DNA from: an uncultured Clostridia bacterium
GTDB taxonomy: Bacteria; Bacillota; Clostridia; Christensenellales; UBA1242
Assembly: GCA_934754375.1 (NCBI GenBank)
Contig: CAKVHT010000002.1
Location: forward strand, 11,257-75,256
Direction: 5' to 3'
DNA length: 64,000 nucleotides
Below are positions 7,601 through 22,600 of the stretch, in pieces (the stretch's first letter is position 1; each line of letters begins with the position of its first letter). The position numbers were made by a program, and so were the translations under genes. Below the pieces are notes generated by a model. It searched no databases and had not been told where the DNA came from. It worked only from the letters and a program-made list of their open reading frames with translations.

Positions 7601-10600
7601 ACTTAAATCCAGTGTAACTTATATGCCAACCTGGGTGTGTATAATATAATTTTCCATCTGAAGCCTTAATCTTATCGCTGTATAATGGATTGTGATCCAA
7701 ATTATTAGTATTTTGCGATGGTGAAATCTCAAATTTATCTTTGTTTACATATCTTGCAATAGCATAAATTGTAACAGTGTTGTTTGTGCTGTCAGTAACT
7801 GCTTTGTATGTAGCGCCACCGTTATCGTAGTTCTGATTTTCAATTGTGTTGATTGTAAATGCCTTGTTGTGTTTACCTTTAACTGTGATTGTTTCTCCAC
7901 TTGTTGAAGTTACTTTAAGCATACCAACAAGACCACCAACATTTGTTACTGCGTCGCCTGAGAATTTGACATTTGTTGCATCTACATTATAAGTTGTTTC
8001 ACTGCCAACGGTTGTTACACCATTCATGTTACCTTCGAGCCTACCAACCAAACCACCGATATAGTATGAATTACCTGTGAAAATTGTAATATTTTCGTTT
8101 GTCGTTAAAGCATTGATATTTTCAACCACCTTACCAAACACACCGCCAACATACATACCTGAACCTGTAGGTTGAACAGACACATTGAAGTTTGGTTTGT
8201 ATTCAAATTCAAAGTTTGATGTTTGGCTATCTGATTTAAAGCAACCAATTGCACCACCGATATTGTATGCACCACTAACTGAAGTTTCTGCATCAAGCAC
8301 TGGCAATTCAATATTTAATTTGTCACCAGAAATTACTCTATAATAACCATAATGCAAACCGACATTCACACCCAAAGGTGCATTAATTGTCACATTAATA
8401 TGGTTAGTTGAAATGCTTCGGTTATCTTCAGAGCCATACAATGCAGTTTTGGTGCTTGTTGTACCAATCAAACCACCAACACCAGATTTGATATCATTAA
8501 ATTGAACATTGCCTTTTTTAGATGCTTCATCACTCAAACTCAAATCAAGGAAATTGATTTCATTTTTTGCTGATGCTGTCACTTTTGCAAACATAAAGTT
8601 GCTAACTGTTGAAATCACATTTGAACCTTGGTTTTTAACACGTCCTTCATTAAAGCCGTAAGAATTAATGCTTGCAGTTTCGCCTTCATTCACTGTTTCA
8701 ATTTTAGCCTTCACTATGCTATCTTCAATCCTTACTGTGTTAGCTTCTGTTGAGCCAATCAAACCACCAATGCTTGTTGGAAGCACATAGTATGAATCAA
8801 GGATTTCTGTACCATCAAATCGTTCAACATTAATTAAATTGAAGAATAAAATACCTTTTACATTTGCTTTTTCGTTTGTTGCATCGCTGTTTAATACACT
8901 GTTGTTTGTGACAACCGCACCATTTGCAGTAAGTCCAACAAGACCACCAACATTTGTGTTGCCTCTGACATCAGCCAAAACATCAACACCCCTAATTTGA
9001 GCATTTTCTGCAAGATAACCAACCGCACCACCAACATTGATTGTGCCGATGATTTTGTATCCTCCAACCAAACTTGTGCCGTAGCAAATGCTATCTTCGG
9101 TTAAACTTTCATAATCAGTGATAAGTTCATATTTATTGATTGCTTCGTTGAAAGTGTAATACTTAACGTTTTCGCCAATGTAAAGATCTTTAACTGAATA
9201 ACTATTGAACCCAACAAAGCCAGTTGCATAACCAACCAAACCACCAACAGATTGATAACCTTTAATGTTTGCTTGGTTTTCACAGCCTATAACAAATGAG
9301 CCTGCACCAGACATACCTGCAATACCACCAACATTGATTGGTTTTGTGCTGATAGTTATGTCTTCTTTTTCTGTTTCCTTGCCTGTTGTAAAGGTGTTAT
9401 AAGTTAATTCGTTATCATTATTATCTCTTTCGTTATCAAACAGATCTTGAACAATGATATCTGCCTTATTGATTGCACCAACAATTCTTCCGTCTGTGTA
9501 ACCAACAATACCGCCTATGTTTTTAAACAAACCGCTTCCGTCTTTATATAGACCTCTATCAAAAGTGATTTTATTAAAGTTGATAAAGCCATTGATTTCG
9601 CAATTTGCGCTTGCTTTACCAATCAAACCGCCCCAGTTGCCACCGTTTGTGACAAGAGTTGTAGATTTGATTGTTGCAAATGAATTTTTGTCTGCACCAG
9701 TTCCATCTCCTAAACCAGACATGAAACTCCAACCATCAATTGATGTGCACTCAATTGGAGCATCAGCAAAACCAATTGCACCACCAACATTGTAACTCCC
9801 TTGCAATGTGATGTTCCTTGGTTTTGGTATACCAATTGTTCCGCCTTTATAATAACCTATCAATCCACCAATATTGAATGAACTGCCTGTAACAATCAAT
9901 GTTGGTTGGAAATATGTTAAAGCATCTTTTTCAACGGTGATTCCACCTTTATCTGTAGTTGATAAATTACCAACCAAACTGCCAAAGCCTTGTGTTGTTT
10001 CATTTACTTGTGCTGCAGTTGTTGCTTGAATGATTAATTGGCTTCTTAATTCCAATTTGCCATTGAAATTCAATTTGCCTGAGCCAGTTATTTTGCCTGC
10101 CAATAAACCAAAGAATCTATTGTCACCATTAACAAAAGCAATAACAATACTTTGATCTTCAATTGTACATTGATTGATAGTTATTGTGTTGTTTACCACA
10201 CCAACAAAACCGCCAAATTGATTTGCCATAAATGTGTCGTTTTCAAATTTTACATGGAAATTTGAAACTGCCACACCATTTGTTGATTCGCTTGCAACTT
10301 CGCCAATCAAACCACCAAATACATCATAACTTGCTGAAGTGATAAATAATGTTGTTTTACCTTTTGATTCAATTGTTCCGTTTTCAACACTACCAACCAA
10401 ACCACCTGTTGTGGTATGATCTTCGGTTGATGCAACACCATTATCAAACTCATTTGTAATATGAATTTCTTCATCATAGATTGAAATTGTGCCCGCAATC
10501 ATTTTTGATAAAACAAAGCCATAATTACCTGAATGTGTTGCAATCAATTTTGACATGCCAGAACTATATTGAGTTGTACCAATAGTGTCAACACCTTTAA

Positions 10601-13600
10601 CTGTATTTTCATCAACAAAATCGCCAATTTGGATTGAACCTGCACGCATTGTTCCAAACAAAATTGAGACATCTGTGCCAGATACTGTTAAATCACCAAC
10701 ATCAACGTTTGTAACAAGAACTGTGCCATTAACTTCAACACCAAGTGCACCTGAACCGCTCATCCTTTCAAATAAGCCTTCAAACTTGATGTTGTTGTAA
10801 ACTGCATTTTTAATATTTGTGAACAAACCATTTACTGAAAGGTTTGAAATTGAATATGATTTAACTTTATTTGCACTGTCAAGATAACCTGCATCTATTG
10901 TTCCAGTAAACCCATTTGTTGAAGCAGCAAAGCCCAATGTTTCATCATTTACACCAACTGCATACCAGTTCACTGTGTCAACTTTGTTATGTTGTTCATA
11001 GATTCCACCGTCAATCTTGCGTGTGATTTTATAATATCTGTTTGCTCCAGTGTCGTTTGCTATCACACCTTGAATTGAATTTAACACACCCAAGTGTGGC
11101 ACTTCAAACCAATCATCGGTGTTGTTCAAACCACGTCCAGTTTGACGTGAATATTGTGTTACAAATGCTTTGTTTAAACTACCCTCAATCACACTTGTGT
11201 ATTGATTGAAATCATAAATAGGATAGTTGTAGTTGTAACCAAACATTGAACCGTCAGTCAAATCTAATTTTTTGCCTGAAATTGCTGTGTGCCAATTACC
11301 ATCAAGATTTGTTGCATTCATCAAATCAAATGTTGAACTCACTGTTAAGTTGGTTTTATTCAAATCTGCTTGATCAATGCCCGCATCTGAAGGTGTTGCA
11401 AGTTTATCAATAATATTGTTGCCACCATTATTTAAGTCCACACCCACGAATGAGGAGAAATTGATCTTGTCTATATTACCTGCTGAATAACAATTATAAA
11501 TATACGCATCGGACGACACATTTTCAGCAAATGCGTAGCCATATTTACTATTATTTTTAACTGTAATTGAACCAGTAAAATAGCTTGATACGATCGTTGC
11601 ATTATTGTTGAGAGCAATTGCACCAGTTTGATTTTGTGTTGTTGTATCTGCTGAATTGAAGCAGTAAGAAATCAAACCGTTGTTATCATTAACAATCAAA
11701 CCTGTACCTTTACCATCAGCAGATGTATTTGCAACACTGTTAATTGAACCAATGATTGAACAATTAAAGATTGTGCCAAAGTTTACATTTACCAATGGTC
11801 TTGTTACATCAAAGTTTTCATATTTAATATGAATATTTGAAATTGCAGAATTACCATTTGATGACGAACTATCGCCCAAATTGTTAATATAGAACGCATT
11901 CCCAGTTTTTATAACATTGCCATTGCCAACCGCAATACCTGTAAATGTGTTTGCAATGTTAAAGTTGTCGCCAACCAAATAATACATAACTTGGTCAGAA
12001 CCGGTATAAACACGTTTAGGATTTGCCACCAAACCACTCTTATAATCATCAGTTGCATTTTCAAAAATTTCAAACTGACGCATACTTGTGCGCATGCTTG
12101 TAATATAAGGAACATTAGATGTGTTTGAAGCAGTGTTTGACCATACACCAGACTCTAACACTTTGGTTTGATAACTCATTGAGTTAATAAGTGTGCCTGC
12201 AGATAAGTTTGTGCCCAACATTGTGTCTTCTGGTTGAAGAGCCATGTCAGTTGAGTAGAACAAATCAGATGTTAAACTGTTTTTATCTGCATTTGTTTGA
12301 TAGAAGTTGCTTGTGCTAGCTTCTCCCACAAACATATTGTAATTTGAACTTTGCCCAACTTTTGTTGAATTTATAAAGCCAAACAAAGCCCCCATCTTCC
12401 TAAATGTTGTTGTGTTATTTGCTGATGGCAAAACTTGTGTGATGGTTTCGCCCTTCAAGCCGTTTGCTAGTATTGATGATAGGCTGAATGAATAACTGCC
12501 TGTTGCCAGCACAACATTTTCAGTCGAACCTGCCAAGCCACCAATATAATAGTTTACGTTGCCTTCAGCTGAAGGTGTTATTTTGCCCAAATTGATTGAG
12601 TTTGACAAAATCAAACTGCCATCAACACGTCCAACCAAACCACCGATGTAAGCCGTTTCAGTTTCTTCACTTTGAAGCTTGCCAAATTTTGAAGAAATAT
12701 CAACACTTGATACTATTTGATCTAAATTAATTTTGGTTTTGCCTGTTGATTTATAAGCATAGCCAATTGTTCCACCAACATTGGCATTGCCAACTGTTGA
12801 TATTGAACCAGTGAACAAACATTGCTCAATATAAACATTGTTGACTGTTTCAACAAGTGCAATGCCTGCAGAAGCTGTTGTTGAACTTGCTGAACTTACT
12901 GTTGAAATGATATTTGAACTTACATCGCAATTTACAATTTTTCTGCCTGTATCTTCAGCACTTAACAAATATTTGCCAACAAGCCCTGCAAGATATAGGT
13001 TTGCATTTTTATTGCTTATGCCTGATTGTTCACTAACTTTGATAGTATGGAATGAAACATTGTCTTCAACATTACAATCTTCAACCACACCAATCATACC
13101 AGAAGCATACATTGAAACACTTACTGAATTTGTGAAATTGTTTAATACGATATTGAGATCAATATTTTTGCTTACAACTGAACTTGTTAAACTGCCAATG
13201 CTATTGCCTGAAACAGCTGTCATTTTAAGTGCACCAGCAAGCAAACCGACATCAAGTTGTTTGTTGCCACTTACTTTGAAATTAAACGATGTGTTTTGCA
13301 ACGTACCAACTGAACTGTTGATAATGCTCATTGTGTTTTCAATGTCTTCAATATCAGTATTACCATAACCAACCAGACCGCCGACAAAGTTCTCTGTTTT
13401 TGTGCTGTTTGTTAAATCTATATCAGCACTTACTTGTCCAGAGAATGATGAATTTAAGATGTTTGTGCCCAAAGCAGTTGTTATCAAGCCTGCAAATCCA
13501 GTGATTGAACTATATTGAACAGACTCATCTCTGCCTGCATGTGCAAACAATTCAACAGCATCTGTTTCTGTGCGGTTAATTCTGCCAACAGTAACCATAA

Positions 13601-16600
13601 TTGCACTGATTTTTGATTTTTCATCGTTGCCACTAAAACCTGCAAAGTTTTTAATTTTAACTTTGTTACCTTCGCCACCAACACCATATTTTTTCCAAGA
13701 AAATTCTATATTCCTAAATGTTGCATTGCTTGTTGCCCTGAACAAGCCCGCATCGGCATTATTTGGTGCTTTAACATTGAGGTTATACACAATAGGTGTT
13801 GAACCATCAGATTTTTCGCCAATCAATACACCAGAGAACTCAAAGTCAAACACAAAGTTTTCTCCACCTTTGTAGTTTGACATATTTACATCATCAGTGA
13901 TTTTGAAACTTCCTGTTGGATTGTTTTTGATTTTTTCAAAGTCTTGAGCATCTTTGATGATTTCATAGTTTTCATCGCGTTGGTCTGTTAAAAGTGGGAA
14001 ATATCTGCTGTGAGTATCCAAATTCCAATATTTTGTATCCCAAATTGAGAAGATTGAATTGTATGTTGAAAGTTGCACTTCTGGCACTTCCAAATTATAC
14101 AAATTTCTCATGCTTTTGATTGTTAAACCAGCAATATTTGAGTTGGCAACAATCAAATCACTGTAAGCAATTTCGCCAACATAAACTTGTGAAATTACAT
14201 GATTTGCAACTCTATCTTCGCCAATAAAGTTGTTTAATTTTACGTCTATTGTAATATTTTGATTTTCAAGATTTTGTTTGAATGTTTTATAAGCTTCATT
14301 TTCAAGCAAAATTGTTGAGAATGTGTAGTTTTGACTGTTGCCAGTTTTTGCACCCAAGTTTGTGTAAACCTGACCGAATGTTGCACTGCTTGCATCTTCA
14401 GCAATGCCAATCAAACCGCCAATTGTTTTGACAGTTTCCATATTGCCTTCAAAATTGATGAAAGGCACAGCATAGTTGAAGTTGTTATTTGAAAGTACAT
14501 CTACACCAATCAAACCACCTATGTTTTTGCCAGCATAGAAACTTGCTTTGCTATAACATGAGAAGATTGAACTGCCAACACTGATACCAATCAAACCTCC
14601 ACCATAGGTGTAAGATTCAATCAATCCAGCATTGCCAATATTTTCTTTATCCAAAGGTTTTGACATGTCAAGCACGTATTTTGCAAGAGTGCTGTCATAT
14701 TTAAATTGAGCTTCGTCAGTATCTAAAGCACTGACTTTAGATGCCTCCATAGTTGCACCAATGCTTGCACCATACAAACCGCCAGCAGAATATTGCCCGT
14801 CAATGCGGTTAGATGAGCCAACATTGAATGATACACGCACCGATTTTACGGATTTGCCAACGTAACCGGCAACACCACCAGCATAGTCTGCGGTTATTTT
14901 TAAATTATCGTTGACATCTACTGCGTTATCGTTGATGTAAATGTATGACAAGTTATATCCTTCGCCACCGCTTGAATATGAACGAGTTGTAACATCAATT
15001 ACACCTGCAATTCCACCAGCATAGGACACTGTTTGAGCATAACTATTATTTGCGCTGTTTGCATTTTTAGTTGATGAATAAAGTTCAGTTGTGCCAGACA
15101 AAATTGTTGACACACTCAAATTTGAAGAAATACCATAAATCAAACTTTGACCGTCAATCAAGCCTGCCAAGCCACCAACCATATTTGCACCCTGAATTGT
15201 TGTGTTAACACCATCAAGGCTAATGTTGATTATGACAGAATCTGTTATTTTACCTGCCAAGCCACCAGAATATATTGAGTTTGCAGTACTAAAATTGCCT
15301 GATGAGAAATGCAAATTCAAGTTTTTGATATAAGCACGATTGATTTTTGCAAACAAACCAACCATTTCTTCTTTATCTTCGCCAACATCAAGATAGATAT
15401 TGTTGATTGCCATACCGTTGCCGTCCAAGCTTGAGTAAGTTGTGTCGTTGGTATTGTTTTTGCTACCCAAAGTGAATTGTCTGCGTGTTGCAATTGCTGC
15501 TTTGTCGCTTGCAAAATCAATATCAGCAATCAATCTAACATATCCTGCAAAATTGTTTGATGTTCCATAGTTTGTGAACACATCATTAAACTCTTGAACC
15601 GAACTTATAATTTCAGGATTGTTTTTACTGCCAAGGCTGAATTTTGTTGCATAAGTATATTTACTTGTGCTATCTGCGTTGTCAGTATTGTTGCTTTCAT
15701 ATCTAAATGAATATGCAACATTATTTGCAATTGTAAGTTCTGGCAATTTAACAGCATTGCCACGATTATCATAGAATGACCAAATGCCTTGGTCACGGTC
15801 GTTTTTGCTGTTACTCAACACAAATACAAAATTAACTAAATTGTTTGTGTCTGCAAAATTTGTTGCATTCAAACCTGTTGCGGTTGGTTTTCCGTCAGTT
15901 TCTGCAACAACAAATTGTTGTTTATTTGTGTCTTTATACCAATAGCAATTTTCCAATTCCCCATTTGAAAGTGAGCCAGTTGTGTCTGCCCCAACAAACG
16001 GTTGTTCAGGTGTGATTTGCAAAGTTGTATCGCTGTTTGCATTTGCAAATGTGCAGGCTGAATAACATTGACTGACTTTTGCGCCTGAATTGTTGCGGAA
16101 CACAAAACCTGCCATAAACGCAGATTTTGAAACAAGTTCAATATTTGCAAAACTGTTATTGATATTTGCACCAGACATATTGTCGTAAACAAATCCGGCG
16201 ATATTACCATCTGCATGTGCTTCAATTTTTGCACCTGTTGAGAATGGATTTTCGTTTGTTATTGTTGTTTCAATGCCTTTTACATAACTATACGATATTT
16301 TGCCAGAGTTTTCAGCAACAAAACCTGCAAGTTTTGAATCACTGTTTGTTGAATATGTGTACAAACTTGTGTTTGCAACATACGAACTTGATATGGCACT
16401 GTTGCTTGAGTTGATGCCAACAAAACCACCTGTTATAGATTTAAACCCTTGACCTTGATTTAATGTGCGGTTGCCCAACACAAAGTTTAGAGGTTTAAAG
16501 TACTCTGTGTAACTTGTTTGAGAGTTGTCATTTGCAATAATTTTGGTAAATTCACTTGTGCCAACACGGCTGTTTGTGATTGTGCCGTTATTCACACCAA

Positions 16601-19600
16601 CCAAACCACCAAATGTAATGCTTGTTTCAGCATTATTGTTTATCAAGATATTAACAACTTTTGTGCTTGAACTGCTTGCGTTTATCACATCGCAGTTGTA
16701 AATCAAGCCATTGTTTACCGCTGCCAAACCACCAAACACCACATTATTTAAGTTTTCATAAGCAAGCACCAATTGTCCATTTTGACTTGCATTGAATTGT
16801 GAATAATCCACAACCAAATTGTAAAGCAATGTATTTTCACTTACTGTTGCAAACAATCCGTAATATCCAGCATTTTCAGAAGCATCGTTTGACACAACAA
16901 AGTTTTTGATAATAATCTTTTTGTTGTTGCCATCCAAACTTGCAATAGCGGTTGAAATTGGTTTTGCAATTTCAACAACAATATCATTTGTAAGCACATA
17001 GTTTTGCCCTTCACCTAATATGCAATTGCCGTCAGCATCAAACATTTGGTCTGCCTGGCTGATTGCAAAAGCATCTTGGCGAGTTGTTGCTGTGTAGAAA
17101 TTCATATCAAAATTGATTGTCAAAACATGTGGCAACATTGTTGTGTCTTGACTGCCAAACACTAGTTTGCAAACCCCAGTTGTTTCGTCATAAGCATAAT
17201 TATAGTTTATTTTGAATTGCACTGAAGTTTTAAATTTGCCTTTTGCTTTTATGCGCAAATTTGTAATGGCTTCACTGCCTGAACCATAGTTTGTTGTGAA
17301 CACTTCAAAATAATCATTTTCAACATCAAAACTGCTTGTTATGCCAGAGTCATCAACTTTATATGTAAACATCGACATCAGTTTTTGGAACACTTTTGTT
17401 TTAAGTTGTTCTTCTGTCAGTGTTTGATTTTCCGCTGATGCCAAAATTTGATTTTTGATATTTGATAAAATGACGTTATAAATTTCATTTGAGAAATCTA
17501 TATTGTTATCATTTGTTGCAAAATCAAATGTCAAATCACGTGCTTGATTGATTGCCAAATTTAATGTTGAGCCAAAATCAAATGATGTGTTATCTTTGTT
17601 CAAGATATAATCAGTTGGGAAGAAATTGATTGAACTATCTTCTGTTTTGATTTCCGTGTTAGAAATCAAGCTCATACCAACCACAACTTTGAATGGTTTT
17701 GAAAGGCTGTTTCTCAATGCAAGTTGCAATCTCATTGAATATGAACCGTCTGAATTCGCTTTAAGTTCACTATATTTATCCAACCATTGATAATCAACAT
17801 CAAGGCCAAGAGAATTGCCTTTCAAATCAGTGATATTTACCACTGGGTTTGCATTAAATTGGTAGCCGTAAATTTTCAATGTTACGATATTATTTGTTGT
17901 GTTTTGTTGAATCAAATATCCTTGAGTATCTTCGCCATTAACCTTTGCTGTGATTTTGTAATCTTCATCATAAGACAAATCCACACCAGGCAAATAATCT
18001 GTTACCAAAGATTTTGTTTTAACAATATGAGTATCGTCAGCATTTGTAACATCTAATGTTAAGCGGATTTCATCAGCCAAACCACTAAACTTTTTATCCA
18101 ACACAACATGAACATATATTGTGCCATCAAATGTGTAACTTACCCCATCAGTTGTTGCACTGGCAAGTTCTAAATAAACTCCCATGCCGTCTTCAGTTTG
18201 TGCGCAACTTGGGCTGATGCTGATATACTTGCCAAGCCCAGTGTGATAAACAATTTGTTCAAATCTAATTTTTACTTTTTCGTTAAGGCTTGGGACATAA
18301 AGTTCACTGCTCTTCAAAGAAACCTGTTTTATATGCGCATAACTTGGTTGCATACGGACTGTCAACACCCCACCATTTCCACCTGGAGTAATGTTGGCTG
18401 TTTCAACTTGACTTGAAGTGATTAAGTAAGTGTAATTGCCCATTGCTTCAGCAGATGATGCTGCATAGTTGTTTATTACGACACTGCTTGAAAGTGTTGA
18501 AGGCCTTATTGTCAATTGAACAGTTGTTCCGCCGTCAATTGATGGGTTTGTTTTTGCGTATATTTTTATTGCAAAACTGATTTCACTTGTCAAATATCTG
18601 GTGTTGTAACTGTTTTTAAGTTGCATTGCGATGTTGTATGTGTAAGTTTTGTTAGTTTCATTAAAGTTGTTGAACACTTCAATATCAAACAATTCTGGTA
18701 TTGTTGTTTTGCCTGATTGTTTAAGCAATCTTGAATATTCATCAGTGCCGTCAATCACACTGAAATTCATAATCAAACTGTCATGGTTTTCTTCATCAAA
18801 TTCAACAATATTGTTTGTTGAAACCGGCTTTACAAATGCGTCAACTTCTGGATTTTCACTGTCAACATAACCAGTTGTCAAAGTTGCAGTAACAACATAA
18901 GATTCACTTGATTCACCTTCCAAATGATCAGTGCTAAATTCAAGAGCGGTTGCCGTTTCACTGATATTTACATTTATTTGTTTTGTTGCCAATGTTAAAT
19001 ATTGATCAACCCCGTCTTGTTGAGGATAAATTTCTGTGCCAAAGAATTTTGTTAAATTGAATTTGGTTGTGAATATTATTGTTTCAGTTTTTGTTCCACT
19101 GATTTCTGTATCTGTGCTGTTCAAAACAAATCTGTTAAACAAATTTGGATTTTTGCTGATTGTCAATACTGATGATTCAGCATCTTGAATTGTTGCCAAG
19201 ATTTCCACAAATTCACTTATGTTATCAACATCAAAAAGTGACTTATAGTTTGTTGAATCGTTTTGTCTTGTGTTGATTGTGTCAAGGTCAATTTCCAAGT
19301 TTTGCACACCTTTGTAAGTTGAAAGCTGATAGGTTGTGTTGCCTGTACCAACTGCTTGAAGGTTGTCCGCTTCAAGCACAATGTCGCTATACCAATTTTG
19401 TGTGTAAATCAAGAAATAGTCACAAGCATCTGGATTGAACAAAGAATATGCTTTAATCAAAATATAATCTTGATTTGATGTGCCTTTAAAATAAATTTCG
19501 TTGTTATTTACAATAGACGCATAATCTGCACCTTTAATTATCTTATACACAATTGCACCAATGGTGTTTAGGCTATTTGGCACTTTTGTCAAATTAACCA

Positions 19601-22600
19601 AATCATCAATTATATGTGTATTTAAATTAATATTATTAAGAGGATTATTGATATCATTATAGTAATTTACTATTGCAGTTTCTGTTATGCCATGTTTAAT
19701 GATATTGTTAAGTTCATCTTTTTTGTCTGTATCTTCGTTCTTTGTGTAATCGCCAACATAAAGAGAATTGATATCCTTGATTGTTTGTTGATTTAATATT
19801 GTTGTGATATCAGTTGGGATTAATGTAAAGTTGTCAACAAGATAAGGCAAATAGAAAACATATCCATTTACGGCAAGAGTGTTAAATGACTGTTCAACCT
19901 TCCACATCTCGCCAGAAACACCTGTTTCAAGTTGGTTTTGTTCGGTTGTTGAAAGCCTGTCAAAGTCAACAGGATTATCGTTCACAAACAATGTGCTGTC
20001 GTCATAAACAGCAGTATAAACACTGCCAGTTGTTGCAATACGATTGCCAGAAAATCTTCCAATAAAATAACAATTTTCAGCCGTTGAGTTTGAAATCAAA
20101 TAACTTGTCACACTGCTATCAGCAGCTATATTTGCATTTATGTAAGATGTTTCAAGTTGCACTGAACTTGCACTTTCACTCACGCACACCAAACCATAAA
20201 CTTGTTTTGCTGTCAAACTGCTAAATGTTTTGTCTTTTACATAATTTTCAACACTGCTTAAACTGATTGTTGCAGAATTTGCATTTGCAACCAAACCTGC
20301 AACCACACCCAAGTTGTTTGAAATAATGCCGTATGCTTTGTTTTCGTCCAATTTTATGCCAGCATCAATGCCGTCTTCAAGTTTAAAAGACATAAATTTG
20401 ACACTGGTTAAAGTTGTTGCTGTTGCTTCGCCAACTGCACCAGCCAATTTTAAGTTTTGACTGCTTGCTGTCAAATTAACACCTAACATAACAATATCTA
20501 CAATTGTTGTGCTTGCTGATTTACCAACCAAACCTGACAAATATCCTGTTGCTTTCAAGCCATTAACATTGATTTGCCCCATGGTTACAAAGCCTTTAAT
20601 CACAGCATTTGAAGCGGATTCGCCAGCAATGCCACCTATCAAGACATTATTTTCAACCCTATTAACCAATGTAACATCAAGATCTGCATTTGTAACAGCA
20701 ATATCCATACCCACATTGTAAGCAAGTTTTTCTAAGTCTGATGCTTGACGATAACTGCCAACAATTGAGCCTGTCAATCTGCCTGCAACAGCACCAAGAT
20801 ACAAATATTTGTTTGTTGCGTTAAAGGCTGTGTAAACTGCACCTTTTGTTGTAACTTTTGAATTTGCAAGGTTAAAATTGTTTGCCATTTCGCCAGCCAC
20901 ACCGCCAAGATACACATCTGTGGAAATACTATTGCGACTGAATGTTAAACCAGAAAAGTCGATTTCAAATTGAACATTACTGATTTTTACATTTGATTCG
21001 ATAACACCAGCCAAACCACCAATGTACAATGATTTACCACTGTCGGTTGAGGTTGGTTTTAAATAATCTTCAAACTGAATATTCAAGTTCAGGTCTGTGA
21101 TAGACGCATTGCCAGTCAATTTTGTGAACAAGCCATAATAAACGTTATCCGTTGCAGTTGAAGACCTGCTGATTGTGACTGTTAAATTACGTTTTGTTTC
21201 AACCACACCACCGACATCATTAAATTGCACATATTTACCTGATATTGAACCAGAAAAACTATCAAATGTTGTGTGATTTGTAACAACAATATCTTTTGTT
21301 AAAACATAGTGAGCATTTAAATTGTTTGCAATATTTCTAAAATCATCAGCTGATGAAATTTTATATCTTGCTTTTGTTGAGCCGTCAGTGATTGTTATAA
21401 ACACATCTCTAAAGTTGGTATATTTATTTGTTGATTCATCATAAGAATCAAGCGCAACCAAGCGCAATTTAAACATACCTCCACCCAATGATTTGTTTGC
21501 ACCAATTGAAACCAAACCTGTGAGTTTGGTGATTGTTATATTCAATCTATTTTCTGCTTTGCTCAATTCAACAGCGGTATATTGTTTATTGCCATCTAAA
21601 ATTGGATTACCGTCTTCATCTTGCAAGATTTCATACAAAATATAATCTAAATCATCGTATTTTGTTGCAACCAATTGATTGTAAACTACTGTTGCATTGA
21701 AATTTGATGTTGCCACACCACCATCTGCCACATTTAAGAATGACATATTGATGTTGATTGTATTGTTTTCGCTTGTAAGAGCTTCACCACTTAAAGCGAT
21801 ATCATCTGATTGCACATAACTGCCAAAGTTGATTGTAATGGCTTTGGAAACTGCCAACTCTGTGCCAAAACTTACTGCTGTAAGATTGATTGTTACAAAT
21901 TGTTGAGATGTTTCAGGTTTCTTGATAAGTTTTACTGTCAAATTGCCTGTCAATGCAGAAAGATAAATTCTGTTACCATGTTCATCGACCGCGGTGCCAT
22001 TATTGTCTAACAAGATTTCATCAGAACCCAAATATATCTTTATTGAACGATAATCACCTGTAACAGACAATTTTAATTTGTTGATATCTTCAACTATTTC
22101 TTCATTGCCATTTGCACCAAATTTAACCGATTGTGAAGGTGTTGCAATGAAACTTTTTGAATCAAATTTTATTGTAGAACTAGCAGCAGATTCATAATAT
22201 CTATTGATATAAACAATTTCATTGCTACTGCCAGATGCAAAGTTCATATCAATGCTACTTATGCTATTATAAACAGCAATTTCAAACTCTTTGGTTACAC
22301 TTGTTGTTGAAATTACACCATTTTCTTGAACATAATAAATGATTGTTGCTGTGAAATGAGTTGTTTTACTGCCCTGCACACCCCAAATTTGATATTTATT
22401 GACACTGCCAGTTTTGCCAAGTGCAAGATAATCAACTGCTGATGCGGAAAAATCTGTACTATCGTCTTTGCCTGACCTTACAAGTTCTACATTTGCAATT
22501 GAGAATTGGTTAAATAAGCCAGAAACCATTTGACCAAAATGCAATTCGCTCTTTAAATTGTAGTTATTTACGATTGCATATCTATCCAACGATGTTTCGC

